Assembly: GCA_051747585.1 (NCBI GenBank) | Contig: JBNJGH010000032.1 | Location: forward strand, 1-31,543 | Origin: Candidatus Rifleibacteriota bacterium | Lineage (GTDB): Bacteria; Muiribacteriota; Ozemobacteria; Ozemobacterales; Ozemobacteraceae | DNA: 31,543 nt | Direction of reading: 5' to 3' | Part shown: one piece after another, positions 26,826-31,543 of the stretch | Layout of the letters: each line of letters begins with the position of its first letter | How positions within the stretch are numbered: position 1 is the stretch's first letter | Notes under the pieces: generated by a model | Database searches by the model: none | Told to the model about the DNA's origin: nothing | Seen by the model: only the letters and a program-made list of their open reading frames with translations | Made by a program: the position numbers and the translations under genes

Positions 26826-28334
26826 TCAGTGGCTCCCCATGATTTTGTTCAGGCCAAGAAATTCAAGCCCGCGACCAAGATCTCGCAATAGCAAAGAAGG
26901 GCAATTCATATAGACTTTCTGGCGGGCAAAACCTCTGCGTATCAAATTCGAAAGTCTGGAGTTGTATTGATGAAACTCATCTGCAGCTTGATCAGCCAGG
27001 TTTCTAAACCTCTGGTTATCTATGTTGGCCATTCGGTTTTCAGGATCTTTAAAGAAAAGGTCTTTGGGGTTGGTTTTTAAAAAGTGTTCTAAAGATGGAT
27101 TTGGCTCAAGCAGCCCCAGCTCGACGCCCTGTCTAAAGAGCTTGGTTCGGGGAAAGGGGTTATATACCCCGAGTCCGCCATAAAAAGGTTTGGCCTTTTT
27201 TAGAAACCTCATGGTCTTTTTTATGTCGGCTTCTGTTTCAGTGGGAAGGCCTATCATAAAATATCCGGTCCAGAATATGCGATATTTATTTAACAGCCTG
27301 GCTGCTTTTAAAACCTGTTCGAGAGTAATATCTTTGTCGATTTCATCGAGTATATGGGGTGAACCTGATTCTATGCCGATCGATAGTTGTGAACAGCCGG
27401 CTTCTTTCATGGCTTTTAAAAGCTCGTCGTCAAGCAAATCAACTCTTGTGGTGCAATTGAAAGTTAGCTTGAAGGGCAGCTTTTTAAAGGCTTCGCAGAG
27501 ATCGAGAACATGTTGTTTCTTTACCGTAAAAGAATCGTCTTTGATTGAGAACTGTGTAGTGCCAAAGTCGTTGTGAACCTGCATTATTTCTTTAATTACC
27601 GAATCTACCGAACGATAACGAACCTTGCGCTCCCACATGTGAAAGCAGTAGCTGCATCTGAAAGGGCAGCCCCTGGAGGTTAAGATTATCCCCATGTCCT
27701 CGGATGAATAATTCTCCGGATTCAGCAATGCCTTTCTGTCAGGCAGGGGCAGAGCATCAAGATCCTGGGCATAAGGTCGATCGGGGTTGTGAATTATTTT
27801 TCCTTCTTTTTTCCAGCTCAGACTACCTATATTTGCATATTCTTTTTTGTTTTCAAGTGCTTCGAGAAGATCGGGAAAAGACTCGTCGCTTTCTCCTCGC
27901 AAGACAAAATCAACTTCGGGTATCTGCATGGTCAGTTCTGGCATAGTGCTGGCATGAGCGCCGCCTACAAGAATGGGAACGTCGGGCAAAACCTGCTTGC
28001 AGAAGCGGGCTGTTTGAATAGTTGAGCCAAACTTAGTGGTGAGCGCCGTGATTCCTATAAGATCGGGGTTGTGTTTTTTAACCAGGCTGCGAAGCAATTC
28101 CCAGGTTGGATGATCGGGATCATTCAAGGCTTTAATGTAATTGCCGTAGCTTTCATACTCGCGGCTGAAGTTTAAGGAGCCTTCTTTAGGTTCGGCAGCA
28201 TCCATATCGAGTATTTTACATTCGTGGCCACAGACTTTGGCTGCACCGGCCAGATATGTTAAACCAAGGGGAAAATAAAGGCTGAATATGCCTGCAAAGC
28301 TTTTAAACGGAGGGTCTATAAGTAGTATTTTCAT
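26826..28334 (-). CDS. B12-binding domain radical SAM protein (class B methyltransferase-like)
   Basis: N-terminal B12 domain (FPLGLTYLA, PDLIGI, VGGAHAS, GESD); TSRGCPFRCSYC CxxxCxxC motif; DDSF; GIESGS; FMIGLPTET. Confidence 0.94.
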   Translation of the reverse strand: MKILLIDPPFKSFAGIFSLYFPLGLTYLAGAAKVCGHECKILDMDAAEPKEGSLNFSREYESYGNYIKALNDPDHPTWELLRSLVKKHNPDLIGITALTTKFGSTIQTARFCKQVLPDVPILVGGAHASTMPELTMQIPEVDFVLRGESDESFPDLLEALENKKEYANIGSLSWKKEGKIIHNPDRPYAQDLDALPLPDRKALLNPENYSSEDMGIILTSRGCPFRCSYCFHMWERKVRYRSVDSVIKEIMQVHNDFGTTQFSIKDDSFTVKKQHVLDLCEAFKKLPFKLTFNCTTRVDLLDDELLKAMKEAGCSQLSIGIESGSPHILDEIDKDITLEQVLKAARLLNKYRIFWTGYFMIGLPTETEADIKKTMRFLKKAKPFYGGLGVYNPFPRTKLFRQGVELGLLEPNPSLEHFLKTNPKDLFFKDPENRMANIDNQRFRNLADQAADEFHQYNSRLSNLIRRGFARQKVYMNCPSLLLRDLGRGLEFLGLNKIMGSH

Positions 28335-28339
28335 AATAA

Positions 28340-29542
28340 TTACCAGATTCCACAGGTGTCTATAACAATTTTGGGTTTAAGCAGTTCTTTGTCTATAGTT
28401 TTAAACTGCTTATGAGGTACCAGAAGCACAATAATGTCTGCCTTTTGAATCACTTCTTCGGCTGTATTCAGTTCAAAATCAGGGTGTTCTTTAATAAAGG
28501 GCTCACAAACAATTAGTTGGCCAAGCTTTGAGCTTTTTAGCCGTCGGGCAATATCCAAAGCCGGTGATTCACGCAGATCATCAATGTCTTGTTTGTAAGA
28601 AAGGCCAAAAACCCCTATAACCGGTTCTTTAAAACGATCAGCAGCCTTCTGTATGCGTTCGAAAACGAAGCCGGGCTTGCTGTCGTTAACCTGACGGGCG
28701 GTTTTAATAAGTCGGCTTTCCTGTGGAAGTCTGTCGACTATGAACCAGGGGTCAACTGCTATGCAATGCCCGCCTACTCCGGGGCCGGGTTTCAATATGT
28801 TAACCCTGGGGTGCAGGTTGGCAAGTTTGATTAATTCCCAGACATTGAGTTTTAAAGATTCGCAAATAATTGAAAGTTCATTGGCAAAGGCAATGTTAAC
28901 GTCGCGGTAGCTGTTTTCTACCAGTTTTACCATTTCGGCTGTGGTTGCGTCAGTAAGGTAAATTTGTCCTTTTACAAAGCTGCTGTAAAGCTCTTTTGCC
29001 TTTGTTGCAGATTCCGGATCAATGCCGCCTATTACGCGATCATTTTCTACAACTTCGCGCATTATTTGCCCGGGTAAAACTCTTTCGGGGCAGTGGGCGA
29101 GATAAATGTTTTCGCCCGGTTTAAACCCTGCTTTTTTTAATATTGGCGCTATTATATTTTCGCAGGTTTGTGGCGGAGAAGTAGATTCAAGGATTACCAG
29201 GTTCCCAGGTTTGAGTACCGGGCAGATAGCTTTACTGGCTTCTTCGACATAACTCATGTCGGGTTTTTTGTTTTCTTTGAATGGGGTGGGAACTGCTATT
29301 ATAAATACATCTGAAGGCTCGGGTTTGTTTGTCGCCTTGAGCTTTTTCCCTTGAACTGCCGCCCTGACAAACAGATCAAGGTCCGGTTCGGTAATATGGA
29401 TTTTACCGTTATTAATTGTTTTAACAACTTCCGGGTTAACATCGACCCCGAGAACGTTAAAGCCTTTGGCAGCCATAATGGCACTGGTAGGCAGACCAAT
29501 ATAGCCCAGACCGAAAACACATATCTTTGCACTGGTATCCAT
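28340..29542 (-). CDS. wecC: UDP-N-acetyl-D-mannosamine dehydrogenase
   Basis: GLGYIGLPT, IAVPTP, LESTSPP, HCPERVLPG, KLVENSYRDVNIAFANEL, PGPGVGGHCIAVDPWF, DDLRESPA. AGGTGA RBS favours ATG 29542 over GTG 29551. Confidence 0.88.
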   Translation of the reverse strand: MDTSAKICVFGLGYIGLPTSAIMAAKGFNVLGVDVNPEVVKTINNGKIHITEPDLDLFVRAAVQGKKLKATNKPEPSDVFIIAVPTPFKENKKPDMSYVEEASKAICPVLKPGNLVILESTSPPQTCENIIAPILKKAGFKPGENIYLAHCPERVLPGQIMREVVENDRVIGGIDPESATKAKELYSSFVKGQIYLTDATTAEMVKLVENSYRDVNIAFANELSIICESLKLNVWELIKLANLHPRVNILKPGPGVGGHCIAVDPWFIVDRLPQESRLIKTARQVNDSKPGFVFERIQKAADRFKEPVIGVFGLSYKQDIDDLRESPALDIARRLKSSKLGQLIVCEPFIKEHPDFELNTAEEVIQKADIIVLLVPHKQFKTIDKELLKPKIVIDTCGIW

Positions 29543-29651
29543 AGACGTCACCTGATTAATTAGAAATTAACACAAACTGTACCAGAAACTTGCTCTTAAA
29601 ACAACAAACAGACAAACCCAAACTTTACATTATAAACAGCAACCCTGGAAA

Positions 29652-29841
29652 TATGCCCCCACACCAGGCCGCATGAAATTTTAATCGCGCTCGCTTGTCC
29701 GCCATAGCCTTGGCGACGGCGGATGCTCGTGCTCGTAATCGTTGTCGTTGTCGATTTTTTTCGATCCCGATATCGACCCCCGACCCCCGACCCCGACAAC
29801 TGACAGTAATATACCTCACACCAGGCCACAAAGCCGCAAAG
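29652..29841 (+). repeat. Second copy of composite scaffold B, carrying a different hairpin insert
   Basis: TATGCCCCCACACCAGGCC...AAATTTTAATCGCGCTCG[insert]TGCTCGTGCTCGTAATCGTTGTCGTTGTCGATTTTTTTCGATCCCGATATC...CCCGACAACTGACAGTAATATACCTCACACCAGGCC is colinear with 15161-15353. The insert hairpin TCCGCC-ATA-GCC-TT-GGC-GAC-GGCGGA lies at 29698-29723. Confidence 0.88.
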
Positions 29842-29909
29842 TTCACCAAGAATATGTTGAATAAAAAATGCTGATTAGGTTCGAAATCCCTATAATCGTC
29901 ATCGTATAT

Positions 29910-29979
29910 TGGTGGTTGAGCGTTAGTCGAAACCACCAGGTGAACAGTTGCATGGTCCGTTCGACTCCACTCAGGGGCC
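29910..29979. repeat. Inverted pair of short REP-like palindromes (TGAGYG-N-AGTCGAA core)
   Basis: TGGTGGTT-GAGCGTTAGTCGA-AACCACCA on the + strand (29910-29938) and GGCCCC-TGAGTGGAGTCGAA-CGGACC on the - strand (29979-29954). Confidence 0.7.
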
Positions 29980-30699
29980 CAAGTGTTTTTGAAACCATTC
30001 AACGCTGTTGTTTATGGCTTCATGCCAGTCGACTTCGCGCATAAAATGGCCTGATTCAGGGAAGCTTTTGTAAGCAAATCTTTCTGAATAATCATTGAAT
30101 AACTTCTGCAGCTTTGAGTGAAACTTTTCTCCATATTGTGCCGGTACAAGTTTGTCTTGTTCTGCTGTTTGTGCAAGAAGCCTGATGTCGGCAAACTTTT
30201 GAGGATGCAGATGTGGACTTTGAATGTCGTCAGGCTTCATCCACCATTCGGGTGAGCCAAGCAATGAAGATACAGCTCTTATCTCACTGTTTTTTCTTAT
30301 GGATGAATATACAATAAAACCTCCGAGCGAAACCCCGAAAATTCCCAACTTATCTTTACTGACCAGCTTTTCATTAGAAAGAGCATTTATTAAATAAGGC
30401 ATTTCTGCAGCAGTCTCTTTTACAACTTTTATCAATTCATCGCTTTTCTTTTGTTCGTTTTGGTCAAAGCGGTCGGAAAAATCATCATATCGTCTTTCTC
30501 CATGGCCGACATTATCAATTGCCACTATTAGAAATCCGGCTTGAACAAAAGCTTCCAGGTCATGTGTCCATGCGTCTTTAGATGAATCGAGTCCGTGGCA
30601 GCAGATTATCGTGCCTTTTTTTGCAGCTGTTTCAGGGCTTTCTTTATAAAGCAACAGAGTTGGGATGTTACTGAAATTTTTATGTGTTTTTTGTATCAT
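29971..30699 (-). CDS. Alpha/beta hydrolase (esterase, YjfP/S9-like)
   Basis: CCHGL oxyanion motif, IDNVGHGER, nucleophile GVSLGG, EQDKLV acid, ESGHF catalytic His. Confidence 0.9.
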   Translation of the reverse strand: MIQKTHKNFSNIPTLLLYKESPETAAKKGTIICCHGLDSSKDAWTHDLEAFVQAGFLIVAIDNVGHGERRYDDFSDRFDQNEQKKSDELIKVVKETAAEMPYLINALSNEKLVSKDKLGIFGVSLGGFIVYSSIRKNSEIRAVSSLLGSPEWWMKPDDIQSPHLHPQKFADIRLLAQTAEQDKLVPAQYGEKFHSKLQKLFNDYSERFAYKSFPESGHFMREVDWHEAINNSVEWFQKHLGP

Positions 30700-30842
30700 A
30701 ATTTTAGCTTTGTTTAATATTAGTCAGATTAAACCTATACCTTATTAGCCTCAATAACAACCACAGAGAGTAGCAATTCCCGGTCAACGGCTATCAGATC
30801 TTTTTAAAATAGATTATGCCTCACACCATGCCTCAAAGCCAC

Positions 30843-31071
30843 AAAGAAAATAACCACAGAGCGCACAGAGAACACAGAGAATCGTTTTCAGCCATTGTTT
30901 CCTTCTTCAGCAGGCCTTCAGAAAAGCACTCGTGTTTTTCTGAAGGCCTGCTGAAGAAGGAAAAGCCGGGCGGTGAAACCGCCGGCTATTTGTCCACAGG
31001 ACAAATCCTGGCTGAAAAAGATTAAAAAATTAACTCCGTGCCCTCGGTGGCCTCAGTGGTTTAAATTCTTT
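30843..31071. repeat. Nested fold-back element (MITE-like or structured RNA/ssDNA)
   Basis: Outer inverted arms 30852-30879 / 31034-31061 (3 x NNCACNGAG, 21/28 complementary). Inner stem 30880-30894 / 31009-31023. 32-bp hairpin 30898-30963. Small hairpins 30964-30987 and 30988-31006. Confidence 0.88.
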
Positions 31072-31141
31072 ATTTGCCCTAAATAAATAAAACCAGAACT
31101 TTTTGTAACCAGCTAATAATGATTGACCGAGAATTCCTGTT

Positions 31142-31200
31142 GATCCCGATATCGTTTCCCGACCCCGATAACCGACAGTTATTGCTCCAAACCAAGCCAC
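31142..31200 (+). repeat. Partial copy of scaffold B (right half)
   Basis: GATCCCGATATCG...CCCGATAACCGACAGTTATTGCTCCAAACCAAGCCAC matches 15303-15353 and 29763-29829. Confidence 0.85.
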
Positions 31201-31330
31201 TAACATTACTGAGAATCTTATTTTTCTGAAGCAAGCTGATAAGTTGTTAAACGAGAATAGCTATTTATGTTTAACTCAATATTTGATAAAATTCTGCTAA
31301 GATAATTAAAAGGGCCGTAAAGAGGTGTTT

Positions 31331-31543
31331 ATGCTTAGATTGATTTCATTATCTGTTTTTTTTCTTCTGGCGGCTTTAAATCTTGGTGCCGAAGAGCATT
31401 CGGCACAGCAGCTTGTCAGAGATATTGAAACCCAATATATGGGAAAAAGCTCTGAAGTGCGCACTGAAATGACTATTAAAACCTCCAACTGGGAAAGAAA
31501 ATTAGAAATGAAAATATGGTCTGAAGGGCGTGATAAATTTCTT
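31331..31543 (+). CDS. Outer membrane lipoprotein-sorting (LolA-like) protein, 5' partial
   Basis: GAGGTG RBS, ATG 31331, open to the window end. Own translation MLRLISLSVFFLLAALNLGAEEHSAQQLVRDIETQYMGKSSEVRTEMTIKTSNWERKLEMKIWSEGRDKFL shows a signal peptide plus the MTI....W.R...MK.W..G.DK pattern of this family. Confidence 0.8.
   Translation, partial: MLRLISLSVFFLLAALNLGAEEHSAQQLVRDIETQYMGKSSEVRTEMTIKTSNWERKLEMKIWSEGRDKFL

Noticed and set aside
29596..30002. ORFs 29596..29829 and 29625..30002 (minus)
   Set aside because: Both run through the repeat cluster, give low-complexity translations and have no recognisable domain.
30880..31023. Multi-hairpin junction as a tRNA
   Set aside because: The region is too long, has a 32-bp arm, and shows no T-loop (TTCRA), D-loop or 7-nt anticodon loop.
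30816..31025. 69-aa ORF across the fold-back element
   Set aside because: The sequence is fully explained by the palindromes and there is no RBS.
31306..31488. 60-aa minus-strand ORF at the window end
   Set aside because: It is antisense to the better supported LolA-like CDS starting at 31331.

Overview
AT-rich bacterial chromosomal window from a diderm: it has TolC-family, beta-barrel and LolA-like genes, and the lineage cannot be determined from sequence alone. From left to right: the 3' end of an outer-membrane protein gene; a TolC/MacA/MacB-ATPase/permease efflux operon; a Nudix hydrolase and a hypothetical protein (minus strand); a large secreted protein with a Cys-His-Asp (NlpC/P60/papain-like) pattern; an unannotated 37-aa membrane microprotein translationally coupled to a MerR-type HTH gene and comB; an HDOD protein; a Ser/Asn-rich orphan; yihY/brkB; tex; a PTS EIIA/PII-like fusion next to a cation:proton antiporter; a substrate-binding-domain/TolC fusion; a six-gene minus-strand nucleotide-sugar operon (wecC, B12 radical SAM, two paralogous oxidoreductases, heparinase II/III-like protein, GT4); an alpha/beta hydrolase; and the start of a LolA-like gene. 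The most unusual signal is non-coding. The larger intergenic gaps (about 0.1, 15.1-15.45, 29.6-29.98 and 30.75-31.2 kb) hold several families of short palindromic and hexamer repeats nested inside one another. A ~175-bp scaffold recurs with different hairpin inserts at the same site, and a ~230-bp element folds into a multi-branched structure. No cognate transposase or nuclease lies in the window. No rRNA, tRNA, CRISPR array or IS element was seen.
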